Positions 54,922 to 63,504 of a DNA stretch of 64,000 nucleotides are shown piece after piece (position 1 is the stretch's first letter; every line of letters begins with the position of its first letter). The stretch is taken from the NCBI RefSeq assembly GCF_965208355.1, contig NZ_CBDBOM010000003.1:1297339-1361338 (forward strand), in the 5' to 3' direction. Position numbers and translations under genes: made by a program. Below the pieces are notes generated by a model. That model saw nothing but the letters and a program-made list of their open reading frames with translations, was not told the origin of the DNA and searched no databases. This DNA is from Candidatus Poriferisocius sp. GTDB taxonomy: Bacteria > Actinomycetota > Acidimicrobiia > Acidimicrobiales > Bin134.

Positions 54922-56640
54922 CTAAGACAGACCGACCCGTTCGGTGTCGGTTCCGCTGCGAAGGTGCTTGCCGGGCCGGGCGTCGGTGAACTGCCCGTCT
55001 CGAACGATCTCTTCGCCGTTGCAGAACACGTGGTCGATGCCGTCGGCCTCACCGTACAGGCGGGGAGCGCCGGCGGGCAGGTCGGCCACCACGGTGAGGG
55101 GCTTGGCCCCCACCCGGGCTTCGTCGATCACAACCACGTCGCCGTGCCAGCCCTCTTGGAGCTGGCCCCGCTCCTTGAGCCCATAAAGCTGGGCCTGCAC
55201 GTCGGTCATCAGGTGGACGGCTTCTTCCATCGAGATGAGTCCCCGCTTCCGCATGCACTGGCCGAGCATCGAGGTGGCGTAGTTGGCCGTCATGAACAGA
55301 TCCAGATGGGCGCCGGCATCAGAAGCGCCGATCACCGCCCGGCCATCCCGCCAGATCTCCATGCGGGCTTTCCAGTCCTCATCGGAGGACACCGGGGGCG
55401 GGGTGCCAAAGGAGGTCTTCAGCTCGTCGGCCACCACGATGTCGCACAGGGCATCGAAGGGCTTCTTGCCCTCGTCCTCGGCAATCTGGCCCACGGTGCG
55501 ATTCCGATACTGCTGGTTCTCGGGGGCGAAGGTGTCAAAGATGATCTTGGTGGACCAGTCGGCCAGACCCTTAAGGGGTCCGGGCTGCTGGGCCAGCTCG
55601 TCGAGGCGGTCCCGCTCGGCCTGATCCGACAAGAGCGCCATTTTCTCGGCGGGCGGGGCCAGCATGGCGCCCTCCCAGTCGGGCAGGGCGTCGAGCACGA
55701 AGCCGCCGGCCATGCTCAGGCGAACCGAGAAGGCCATGGGGATAGTGAGGGCCACCACTTTGCCGCCGTTGGCCTTGGCGTAGTCGCTGGCCTCCAGCTT
55801 GCCGTAGCACTCGTCGAGGTTGCCGGCCATCACGGTCATCACGTTCCAGTTGAGCTGGGTCTGGGCGGCCACCGACATGTCGGTCATGAGGTTGGTGGCG
55901 GCATCGTCGAACGGGCCGACGCAGGGGATCAGCTCCAGAGAGGTACCCTCGAACTCCGAGCACACCCGGGCCAGCTCCACCAGCTCTTCGCGGCTGGCGT
56001 AGCGGCTGGGCACCATGTTGCCGAAGGGGTCGTTGTGGGTGCGGGCGTAGGAGGAGGAGAACCCCAGGGCCCCGGCCTCCAACCCGGCCCGGAGCAGATC
56101 CTGCATTTGGGCCAGTTCTTCGGGGGTGGCCTCCCGTTTCACGCATTCGGGTCCCATGACCACCCGGCGCAGGGCGGAGTGACCCACCTTGAAGGCGGTA
56201 TTGATCGACAGCGTGCCGTCGAAGGCGTCGAAGTACTCAGCGGTAGATCGCCAATTCCACGGAACTCCTGTTTGGAGCGACTCCAGGGGCATGCCCTCCA
56301 CCCGGGCCAGCATCTGCATCAGGTACTCGCCGTCGGCGGGGTCGTCGGTCAGCGGCGCAATCGTGAAGCCGCAGTTGCCTCCGATCACGCTGGTCACGCC
56401 GTGCAGAGGGGAAGGGCTCAGGGTGGTGTCCCAGAACACCTGGGCGTCGAGGTGGGTGTGCACGTCGATGAAGCCCGGGCACACCGCCTTGCCGGTGGCA
56501 TCCACGGTATTGGCCGCCTCGGCGGCGCTCAGATCACCGATGGCGGCGATCCGGCCTCCTTGCAGTCCCAGATCGGCCCGGTAGCGAGGGGTGCCGGTGC
56601 CGTCGACAATGTCTCCGCCGTTGATGATGGTGTCAAACAT
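54922..56640 (-). CDS. N-acyl-D-amino-acid deacylase (D-aminoacylase)-family amidohydrolase
   Basis: GGDIVDGTG....ADLG...GRI..IGDL and PGFIDVHTH N-terminal pattern. 572 aa. Confidence 0.75.
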   Translation of the reverse strand: MFDTIINGGDIVDGTGTPRYRADLGLQGGRIAAIGDLSAAEAANTVDATGKAVCPGFIDVHTHLDAQVFWDTTLSPSPLHGVTSVIGGNCGFTIAPLTDDPADGEYLMQMLARVEGMPLESLQTGVPWNWRSTAEYFDAFDGTLSINTAFKVGHSALRRVVMGPECVKREATPEELAQMQDLLRAGLEAGALGFSSSYARTHNDPFGNMVPSRYASREELVELARVCSEFEGTSLELIPCVGPFDDAATNLMTDMSVAAQTQLNWNVMTVMAGNLDECYGKLEASDYAKANGGKVVALTIPMAFSVRLSMAGGFVLDALPDWEGAMLAPPAEKMALLSDQAERDRLDELAQQPGPLKGLADWSTKIIFDTFAPENQQYRNRTVGQIAEDEGKKPFDALCDIVVADELKTSFGTPPPVSSDEDWKARMEIWRDGRAVIGASDAGAHLDLFMTANYATSMLGQCMRKRGLISMEEAVHLMTDVQAQLYGLKERGQLQEGWHGDVVVIDEARVGAKPLTVVADLPAGAPRLYGEADGIDHVFCNGEEIVRDGQFTDARPGKHLRSGTDTERVGLS

Positions 56641-56767
56641 GGTTCGCCCCTTGTGCGTGCCCCTTCGGCACGCTTTGTGAACAATCTAGGTCATGCCTGG
56701 GCTCGTTGGCGAAGAACTGGGCGTTGGGTGAATGGCCCGTCCCAGAGCCCCGATAAGCTCTCTGCCC

Positions 56768-57988
56768 ATGGCAGAGATCCCCCGCATCATCTCCGTGGAC
56801 GACCACGTGGTCGAGCCCCCCGACCTGTGGACCGAGCGTTTGCCCCGCAAGTACCACGATCGCTGCCCTCGGGTTGAGCGCGACAAGGCCAAGTTCCACT
56901 TCGAAGGCGGGGTGTTCAGCTACGAGAAGGGGGTGCCCGACGGTACATGGGGCGACTGGTGGCTCTACGACGACCTGATCTACCCGTTCCCCAAGCTCTC
57001 GGCCGCCATCGGGTTTGAGCCGCTCACCAACACCCCGGTGACATTCGACGAGATCCTGCCCGGATGCTGGAAGCAGAAAGAGCGCCTCCAAGACATGGAT
57101 GCCAACCACGTGGATGCGTCGATCTGCTTCCCCAACGTGCTGCCCCGGTTCTGCGGCCAGGCCTTCTACGAGCGGGATGACAAGGATCTGGCCCTGCTGT
57201 GCGTCAAGGCCTACAACGACTGGATGATCGACGAGTGGTGCGCGGGCGACGGTGCGGGGCGCCTCATTCCGCTCACCATCATCCCGCTGTGGGATGCCAA
57301 TCTGGCCGCCGAGGAGATCCACCGCTGCGCCGACAAGGGCAGTTTCTCGGTGGCCTTCTCGGAGAACCCCTACCACCTGGGATTGCCGTCTATCCACGAC
57401 CCCAGCGGGTTCTGGGAGCCGTTCTTCGCTGCCTGCGAGGAGACCGGGACGGTGGTGAACATGCACATCGGCTCGTCGTCGAAGATGCCGACCACTTCGC
57501 CCGACGCGCCGTTTGCGGTCAGCTCCACCATCACCTTCAGCAACGCCATGGGCTCGATGTGCGACTACATCCTGTCGGGCGTATTCGTGCGGTACCCCGG
57601 CCTCCGGGTGGCCTATAGCGAGGGCCAGGTGGGGTGGATGCCCTACGTGATCGAGCGCATGGACAAGCTGTGGGAGGAGCGGATCAACGACGACAACGGC
57701 GATTTCGGCGTGAATCTGCCCAACCCGCCGTCGTCTTACATTGCTGGCCACGTCTGGGGCTGCATGTTCGACGACGAGGTGGGACTGCGGAACCGCGACC
57801 TCATCGGCATGGACCAGATCACCTTCGAGGTGGACTATCCCCACGCCGACTCCACGTTCCCCCACACCAAGGAAGTGGCCACCAGGATCGTGACCCAGGC
57901 CGAGCTCAACGAGGAGGAGGCCTACAAGCTGCTCCGGGGCAACGCCATCGAGCTGTACGGGCTGGAGAGGTACGGCATCGCCGCCTAG
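56768..57988 (+). CDS. Amidohydrolase-2 family protein (ACMSD-like metal-dependent hydrolase/decarboxylase)
   Basis: IISVDDHVVEP, NVLPRF, VNMHIGSS, DYPHADS motifs. Start set at MAEIPR. Confidence 0.7.
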   Translation: MAEIPRIISVDDHVVEPPDLWTERLPRKYHDRCPRVERDKAKFHFEGGVFSYEKGVPDGTWGDWWLYDDLIYPFPKLSAAIGFEPLTNTPVTFDEILPGCWKQKERLQDMDANHVDASICFPNVLPRFCGQAFYERDDKDLALLCVKAYNDWMIDEWCAGDGAGRLIPLTIIPLWDANLAAEEIHRCADKGSFSVAFSENPYHLGLPSIHDPSGFWEPFFAACEETGTVVNMHIGSSSKMPTTSPDAPFAVSSTITFSNAMGSMCDYILSGVFVRYPGLRVAYSEGQVGWMPYVIERMDKLWEERINDDNGDFGVNLPNPPSSYIAGHVWGCMFDDEVGLRNRDLIGMDQITFEVDYPHADSTFPHTKEVATRIVTQAELNEEEAYKLLRGNAIELYGLERYGIAA

Positions 57989-58038
57989 CTCGGCCGGCCG
58001 TTTGGGGTAACGAGCATTTTGGCAAAGGGGGATTCGTC

Positions 58039-59520
58039 ATGGCACTGGCCGAGTTGGAGCCGTTGAACGTCGACGAGGAGTATCGCCTGCTCATCGGTGG
58101 TGAATGGGTCGCCGCCGAGTCGGGCACCTATGAGATCGTCAACCCGAACACCACCCAGGTGATCGGCCACGCTCCCGAGGCGTCGATTTCCCAGGTTAAC
58201 GATGCTGCTGCCGCGGCCAAGGCGGCCCTGCCCGGCTGGCGGGACACCCCGATGGCCGAGCGGTGCGCCATGATCGGCCGGGCCGCCGATCTGCTGGAAC
58301 AGAAGCTCGGCGGCCTGGTGGGCCTGGTCCAAGGAGAGACGGGGGCCACCATCAATGTGTCCGAGTCGATCCAGATTCCCTCTTGTGCCGACCGGTTCCG
58401 CCACTACGAAACACCGGTGAACGTGGACGATCCCATCGAGCCGTACCCGGTGGCAGAAAACCCGCTGGGGCCGGGAGGGCTGTCGTGTGCCCACGTGATA
58501 CGCCAGCCGGTGGGGGTGGTGGCCTGCATCACCTCCTACAACTTCCCGCTGGTCAACATGTCGGGCAAGATCGCCCCCGCGCTGGCCATGGGCAACACCT
58601 TGGTGATCAAGCCGGCGCCGCAAGACCCGCTGGCGGTGATCAAGATGGGCGAGATCATCGAAGAAGCCGGTTTCCCGCCGGGGGTCATCAACATCATTAC
58701 CGGATCGGGCGCCGTGGCCGGGGCTGCCCTGGTTGAGTCTCGAGACGTGAACATGATCAGCTTCACCGGCTCCTCCGCGGTGGGGGCCAAGATCATGCAG
58801 TCCGGCGGATCAACCATGAAGCGCCTACTCATGGAGCTGGGAGGCAAGGGCGCCTGCGTGCTGACTGACGACTGCAACGTGGACGGCGCGGTCGGGGCCA
58901 TCGCCTCGGTGTGGGGATTTCACAGCGGCCAGATCTGCACCGCGCCCACTCGGGTGATCGTGCACCGCTCCCGCTACGACGAGCTGGTAGACAAGCTGAC
59001 CGCGGTGGCCGGATTGCTCAAGTTGGGCGATCCCCTCGATCGAGAGACGATTGTCGGCCCGGTTATCACCGAGCTTCATCGCGACCGGGTGGAACATTTC
59101 ATCGCCAGCGGCGTAGCCGACGGCGCCACTCTGCTGTGCGGCGGGAGGCGTCCCGACCTGCCCGGCTACTTCGTGGAACCCACCTTGCTGGCCGATTGCA
59201 CTTCAGACATGCGCGTCGTGCAGCGGGAGATCTTTGGCCCGGTCGTCGTGGTGCTGGCCCATGACGACGACGACCACGCGGTGGAGCTGGCCAACGACAG
59301 CGACTACGGGCTGTTCAGCTACGTCTTCGCGGGCACCACCGCCCGGGCCTTCGAAGTCGGCAAGCGCATCGAGTCGGGCAATGTCGGTCTCAACTCAATG
59401 GCGCCCCACATTCACGCCCCCTTCGGCGGCTTCAAGATGAGCGGCGTGGGCCGCGACCGGGGCGTCTACGGCCTCCACGCCTATAGCGAGATCCAAGCCC
59501 TCAGCTGGATGTCCAGCTAG
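58039..59520 (+). CDS. NAD(P)-dependent aldehyde dehydrogenase
   Basis: LELGGKG (ELGGK motif) and catalytic Cys in HSGQICTAPTR. ATG 58039 follows AAGGGGGA. The track start at 57634 is a spurious extension into the upstream gene. Confidence 0.88.
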   Translation: MALAELEPLNVDEEYRLLIGGEWVAAESGTYEIVNPNTTQVIGHAPEASISQVNDAAAAAKAALPGWRDTPMAERCAMIGRAADLLEQKLGGLVGLVQGETGATINVSESIQIPSCADRFRHYETPVNVDDPIEPYPVAENPLGPGGLSCAHVIRQPVGVVACITSYNFPLVNMSGKIAPALAMGNTLVIKPAPQDPLAVIKMGEIIEEAGFPPGVINIITGSGAVAGAALVESRDVNMISFTGSSAVGAKIMQSGGSTMKRLLMELGGKGACVLTDDCNVDGAVGAIASVWGFHSGQICTAPTRVIVHRSRYDELVDKLTAVAGLLKLGDPLDRETIVGPVITELHRDRVEHFIASGVADGATLLCGGRRPDLPGYFVEPTLLADCTSDMRVVQREIFGPVVVVLAHDDDDHAVELANDSDYGLFSYVFAGTTARAFEVGKRIESGNVGLNSMAPHIHAPFGGFKMSGVGRDRGVYGLHAYSEIQALSWMSS

Positions 59521-59583
59521 CCGCGCCTTGGGCGGCTTCCACCCAATAGGAGCAGGCGGTGGTCTCGAGGGTCATGAGGGCCA

Positions 59584-60396
59584 TTGGGGTGTGGCACGCT
59601 GGTCGGCGTGGTTGAGGAGCCCCTCGGCGGGGGGATTGCGAACGCTGGGCGGGTGGTCCGAGTAGGTCCGCATGTTCTTCGTCCGTCCGGTCCGCACTCG
59701 GATTCGATTCATGCATTTCTTCGGGCGGTTAGACAGGCCGGATTTGAGGGTGCTCCCGAACCGATTGGCATTGACGACGATGGCCGCGAGCGCTTGGTCT
59801 TCATCGAAGGCGAGGTTCCAATACCGCCTTATCCGGAGTGGAGCCAGTCCGATGTCGCCTTGGCTTCTACGGCCGAACTGTTGCGCAGCCTGCATGACGC
59901 CGCCAACGGGTTCGACCCTCGAGATCTCGCGTGGAACGACGGTCTGGCTGATCCTGCGGGCGGAGCAGTGGTATGCCACAACGACGTGTGCCCGGAAAAC
60001 GTTGTCTTTCGTGATGGCGTTGCCGTTGCACTGCTCGATTTCGAATTCGCGGCACCGGGACGACCCATCTACGACCTGGCCTGCCTGGCCCGCTTATGCG
60101 TGCCGATCGACAACGACTTCGACCAAGCCCGCCTCGGGTGGCAGCCGGCTGACCGGCTGGAGCGGCTGCGGTTGGTAGCCGACGCCTACGGCCTGGACCG
60201 GGACGGCCGGAAGGATCTGCTGGCCATCATGGAAGTCGCCCTCACCCGCGCCGAAGAGTTCATCTGGCGCAGAGTGGAATCGGGCGACCCCAACTTCGTC
60301 GAGATGTGGAACCGGACTGACGGTGCTGAGCGCTATCACCGCCGACGCCGCTGGTGGAACGACAACCACCATCTCTTCGTTGCCGCCCTGCGATAG
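59584..60396 (+). CDS. Aminoglycoside/choline-kinase-like phosphotransferase (APH family)
   Basis: Catalytic HNDVCPENVVF and LLDFEFA (DFE) motifs. Start uncertain (TTG or a downstream GTG). Confidence 0.65.
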   Translation: MGCGTLVGVVEEPLGGGIANAGRVVRVGPHVLRPSGPHSDSIHAFLRAVRQAGFEGAPEPIGIDDDGRERLVFIEGEVPIPPYPEWSQSDVALASTAELLRSLHDAANGFDPRDLAWNDGLADPAGGAVVCHNDVCPENVVFRDGVAVALLDFEFAAPGRPIYDLACLARLCVPIDNDFDQARLGWQPADRLERLRLVADAYGLDRDGRKDLLAIMEVALTRAEEFIWRRVESGDPNFVEMWNRTDGAERYHRRRRWWNDNHHLFVAALR

Positions 60397-60444
60397 GGAT
60401 CCTTTAAGCGGGCTATCCGCCTACTGCCTTCTACCTCCAGGGCC

Positions 60445-60723
60445 CTAGCCCGATGCGGTGGATGTAGGTCCTATGGCCACATCCTTTGCATGGGAGAGGA
60501 GTTCACTGATCAGTTGCTCCTTGGTCAGTAAGGACTTCTCGACCAAGGTGAAATCGATCTCAGTGATCAGCTCTGAGCTTTTGCCCCATGTTCGGCCTAT
60601 ATGCCACTTTTCGAACTGATCCACGGACAATTGGCCATTTTCAAGCAGCTTCAGCTTCTCTATGATCTCAGCATCGATTGCTTCCACGAGAGCAATCCTA
60701 CGCGGCCGTGTGTCATAGACCAC
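60445..60723 (-). CDS. Hypothetical small protein in a low-GC islet
   Basis: 92 aa with helical-looking composition. GTG start, no clear RBS, no family recognised. Confidence 0.3.
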   Translation of the reverse strand: MVYDTRPRRIALVEAIDAEIIEKLKLLENGQLSVDQFEKWHIGRTWGKSSELITEIDFTLVEKSLLTKEQLISELLSHAKDVAIGPTSTASG

Positions 60724-60739
60724 CGGGAATTAGTCGAAA

Positions 60740-61054
60740 TTGGGTGGAAAGCAGGAGGACGCGCCTGTACGACGTGTCGAGCCCAGTGAGATCAGGGAGC
60801 GATTCAACAAGTTGGATTTGCTCGAGCGAATCATTCGCGGCGAATTGAAATCAATTTTTCTGGTTGACCGTCCGGTCCAGCCTGAAGTGGGGTTACCCGA
60901 GGGGACGAGGAGCCAGATGGTCTGGTATCTCGGTCCTGACGGCCAAGAGCTTGCTCTCGTTCACCAATACTTGCTGCCCGACGGCACGATAGGAGGATCA
61001 GGGCGACCCGACCCTAAGCGCCTGATCTTGGACGACGAGATCATCTATTGCTGA
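60740..61054 (+). CDS. Hypothetical small protein in a low-GC islet
   Basis: 104 aa. Only a TTG start is available in frame. C-terminal LPDGTIGGSGRPDPKRLILDDEIIY. No family recognised. Confidence 0.3.
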   Translation: MGGKQEDAPVRRVEPSEIRERFNKLDLLERIIRGELKSIFLVDRPVQPEVGLPEGTRSQMVWYLGPDGQELALVHQYLLPDGTIGGSGRPDPKRLILDDEIIYC

Positions 61055-61092
61055 TGTTTGATATCGGTATGAATTGTGCGCTGGGCTGTTCC

Positions 61093-61929
61093 TTAGGCCG
61101 GGCGGTGGCCGCCGGGGTAGGGGGCGGTGGCGTCGAGGGTCATGACGGTGAGGCCCAGCTCGTCAAGGAGGGGGAGGCTGGACAGGATCTGGCCGCAGCG
61201 GTCGATGGGGCAGACACAGAGGGCTACGGCGGCCTCCACCATGGCCTCCATCGACTCGATCTGATCGGGTTGCAGCATGCCGCCCACCAGCTCGTCGGCA
61301 CCCTCGGACAACACAGCGGCCAGGGGTTCGATGGTGTTGATGCGGATATTGCGGGGGTGCAGTTCCACCGCCCATGCGCTGGTCATACGGTTGAGGGCCG
61401 CCTTCGTGGTGCCGTAGAACCCGAAGACACCCTTGACCCCGTCAGCGGGGAAGGGAGGGCCGACGGCCAAGTTGGAGGTGGCGCTGGACAGGTTGACGAT
61501 CCATCCCTCGCCGGCGGACTCCATATCGGGCAAAACCGCCTCGATGAGGTCGTGAGGGGCGAGCAGGTTGATCTCCAGCATTAGACGACGCCGCTTCAAT
61601 GGGTAGCCGTTCATCGACTGGTAGATGGCCGCGGCGGCGTTGTTGACCAAGATGTCGATAGGTCCAAGCGCTTCCCGAGCCTGGGGAACAATGGCCGCCC
61701 GGCTGTCGGCGTCGCCCAGATCGGCCTGGATGGCGAGGTGGGTGCCCGAGTAGGCATTGAGCTCAGCCAGGGTTTCATTGAGCGAGCCGGGCAGGGTGGG
61801 GTGGGCGTCCAGGGTGCGGGCGGTGATGGCCACGTTGGCCCCCTCGGCGGCCAACCGCTGCGCGATACCCCTACCGATGCCTCGGCTGGCTCCAGTGACG
61901 ATGGCGTTCTTGCCCTCAAATCGCTTCAT
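61093..61929 (-). CDS. Short-chain dehydrogenase/reductase (classical SDR)
   Basis: TGASRGIGRGIA cofactor motif, NNAA, YGTTKAAL (YxxxK). Start set at MKRFEGK. Confidence 0.8.
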   Translation of the reverse strand: MKRFEGKNAIVTGASRGIGRGIAQRLAAEGANVAITARTLDAHPTLPGSLNETLAELNAYSGTHLAIQADLGDADSRAAIVPQAREALGPIDILVNNAAAAIYQSMNGYPLKRRRLMLEINLLAPHDLIEAVLPDMESAGEGWIVNLSSATSNLAVGPPFPADGVKGVFGFYGTTKAALNRMTSAWAVELHPRNIRINTIEPLAAVLSEGADELVGGMLQPDQIESMEAMVEAAVALCVCPIDRCGQILSSLPLLDELGLTVMTLDATAPYPGGHRPA

Positions 61930-62021
61930 GGCCCGCATCCTAAGTTCACAGGCGTTCCCTTCCCTCAGCCAGACACCTACAACTGCTCCCTCCAATGGTG
62001 TCGGAACTAGGGTCACCACCC

Positions 62022-62492
62022 ATGCTCAGCGAAGGCACGAATGCTCCGGAGTTCACCGCCCCCGACCAGGACGGCAATGATCTGTCGCTGGCCGATTTGA
62101 GGGGCAATTGGGTGGCCTTTTGGTGGTACCCCAAGGCGTCCACCAAGGGTTGAACCATCCAGGGAAGGGGATTCCGTGATCGAATCTCCGAGTTTGAGGC
62201 TCTTGGGGCTGTGGTAGTGGGGGCGTCGTTCGACTCAGTTGAGGATCAGAGGGGCTTTGTGGACGGCGAGAGCTTTCCGTTTGCCCTGATTTCCGATCCC
62301 GACCGAGCCGTGGGGCGGGCCTACGACGCCGAGCGGGCCGAGGGTGAGGCCTACTACGAGCACGGTTTGCCCCGCCGGATCAGCTATCTGATTTCACCTG
62401 ATGGCACCGTGGCCAAGGCTTATGACCTTGAGGGCCAAGACCTGGGCCAGCACGCTGCCGAGATCATCGCGGATATCAAGGCGTTGAGCTAG
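62022..62492 (+). CDS. Bcp/PrxQ-type peroxiredoxin with in-frame TGA at the peroxidatic Cys position; candidate selenoprotein, 156 aa
   Basis: ATG 62022 is in frame with track ORF 62211-62492. My translation is MLSEGTNAPEFTAPDQDGNDLSLADLRGNWVAFWWYPKASTKG-U-TIQGRGFRDRISEFEALGAVVVGASFD... The TGA at 62151-62153 replaces the C of the Prx motif YPKxxTxGCT. Confidence 0.7.
62167..62189 (+). promoter_or_regulatory. Candidate bacterial SECIS hairpin downstream of the Prx UGA
   Basis: 8-bp stem GGGGAUUC/GAAUCUCC (one G-U pair), 7-nt loop CGUGAUC containing GU. The stem starts 13 nt after the UGA. Confidence 0.45.
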
Positions 62493-62523
62493 GGGTTGCC
62501 TCTCTGGGGTTCCCTAGTGGTAG

Positions 62524-63465
62524 CTAGAACTCGATGACCCAGCGGCCTCGGGTGCCGCCGGCTTCCAGGCGGGCGTGGGCTTCGGAGGCGTTCTCCATAG
62601 GTACGGTGCCAGCCACCCGCAGAGAGACTTGCCCGTCTTCGGCTTGCTGGCGCAAGCGGTCGAGCTTGGCTTGCTCCTTGGCGTAGTCGAACACCCACGT
62701 GGCGTGGAACTGGATGCCCCGCTCGCCGCTGCCCGGCCATCCCCGCACTGAGGCGAAGCCTCCGCCGTCGCGCACTGCGGCCACCAGCGGATCCATCTGC
62801 ACCGATCCATCGGCCAGACCGTCCACCCCGTCGGGAGCGTGCTTTCGGATGCGGTCGGCCACGTCGTCGCCCCGCCGCACGATCACATCAGCGCCAAACG
62901 AGGCCACCAACTCCTCGTCGGCCTCGGAGGAGTCGGCGATCACCCGCAGGCCGTCGGCTTTGGCCAGCTCCACCATGTAGCCGCCGTAGCATCCGGCCGC
63001 CCCGGTCACGGCCAGGGTCTGGCCGGGCTGAAGGGCGAGCTGATCCAAGCTCAGGCGAGCGGTGAGGCCGTTCATTGGCAGCGTGCTGGCCTCGGCGAAC
63101 GACGATCCCGCTGGCATCCGGGCCACCGACTCCGCCGGCAAGGCCACATACTCCGAATAGGCCCCGTGAGAGCCGCGGGGCAACACCATGGCCATCACCT
63201 GGTCGCCCTCTTGCAGATCGGTGTCGGCGCCCTCTCCAATCTGGTCCAGCACGCCGGCCACGTCCATGCCCGGCACATAGGGCGGCGGGCCGGTCTTGGC
63301 CTGCTGCTCGGCTCTGGTACCGGCCCGCACATGGGTGTCGGTGGGGCTGACCGCGGTGGCCCGCACCCGGATCCGCACTTGGCCGGGGCCGGCTTCTGGA
63401 GTGGGTAGCTCCACCACCTCCAGTGCCTCCGGCCCGCCGTACTCAATGACTCCAACTGCTCGCAT
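62524..63465 (-). CDS. Medium-chain (zinc-type/quinone oxidoreductase) dehydrogenase/reductase family protein
   Basis: MRAVGVIEYGGPEALEVVELPTPEAGPGQVRIRVRA start and AVTGAAGCYGGY cofactor region. Confidence 0.75.
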   Translation of the reverse strand: MRAVGVIEYGGPEALEVVELPTPEAGPGQVRIRVRATAVSPTDTHVRAGTRAEQQAKTGPPPYVPGMDVAGVLDQIGEGADTDLQEGDQVMAMVLPRGSHGAYSEYVALPAESVARMPAGSSFAEASTLPMNGLTARLSLDQLALQPGQTLAVTGAAGCYGGYMVELAKADGLRVIADSSEADEELVASFGADVIVRRGDDVADRIRKHAPDGVDGLADGSVQMDPLVAAVRDGGGFASVRGWPGSGERGIQFHATWVFDYAKEQAKLDRLRQQAEDGQVSLRVAGTVPMENASEAHARLEAGGTRGRWVIEF

Positions 63466-63504
63466 GGGCCGAGAGACTATCTACTGATCATCAGGCCGCG
63501 TGAC

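Noticed and set aside
56655-56680. Hairpin GCGTGCC-CCTTC-GGCACGC in the divergent region between two amidohydrolase genes, a possible operator or terminator
   Set aside because: It is a single 7-bp stem with no U tract and no second copy. There is not enough evidence to assign a function.
54964-56877. 637-aa plus-strand ORF, the longest unassigned ORF in the track
   Set aside because: Antisense to the D-aminoacylase-family gene, whose PGFIDVHTH and related motifs are clear. The translation is G/H/V/R-rich and repetitive. High-GC artefact.
56633-57865. 410-aa minus-strand ORF
   Set aside because: Antisense to the Amidohydro_2 gene (IISVDDHVVEP, DYPHADS). It has no motifs of its own.
60601-60789. 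62-aa plus-strand ORF inside the low-GC islet
   Set aside because: Antisense to the longer 92-aa ORF and bridging the divergent gap. No RBS. Less plausible than the two ORFs reported, though all calls in the islet are weak.
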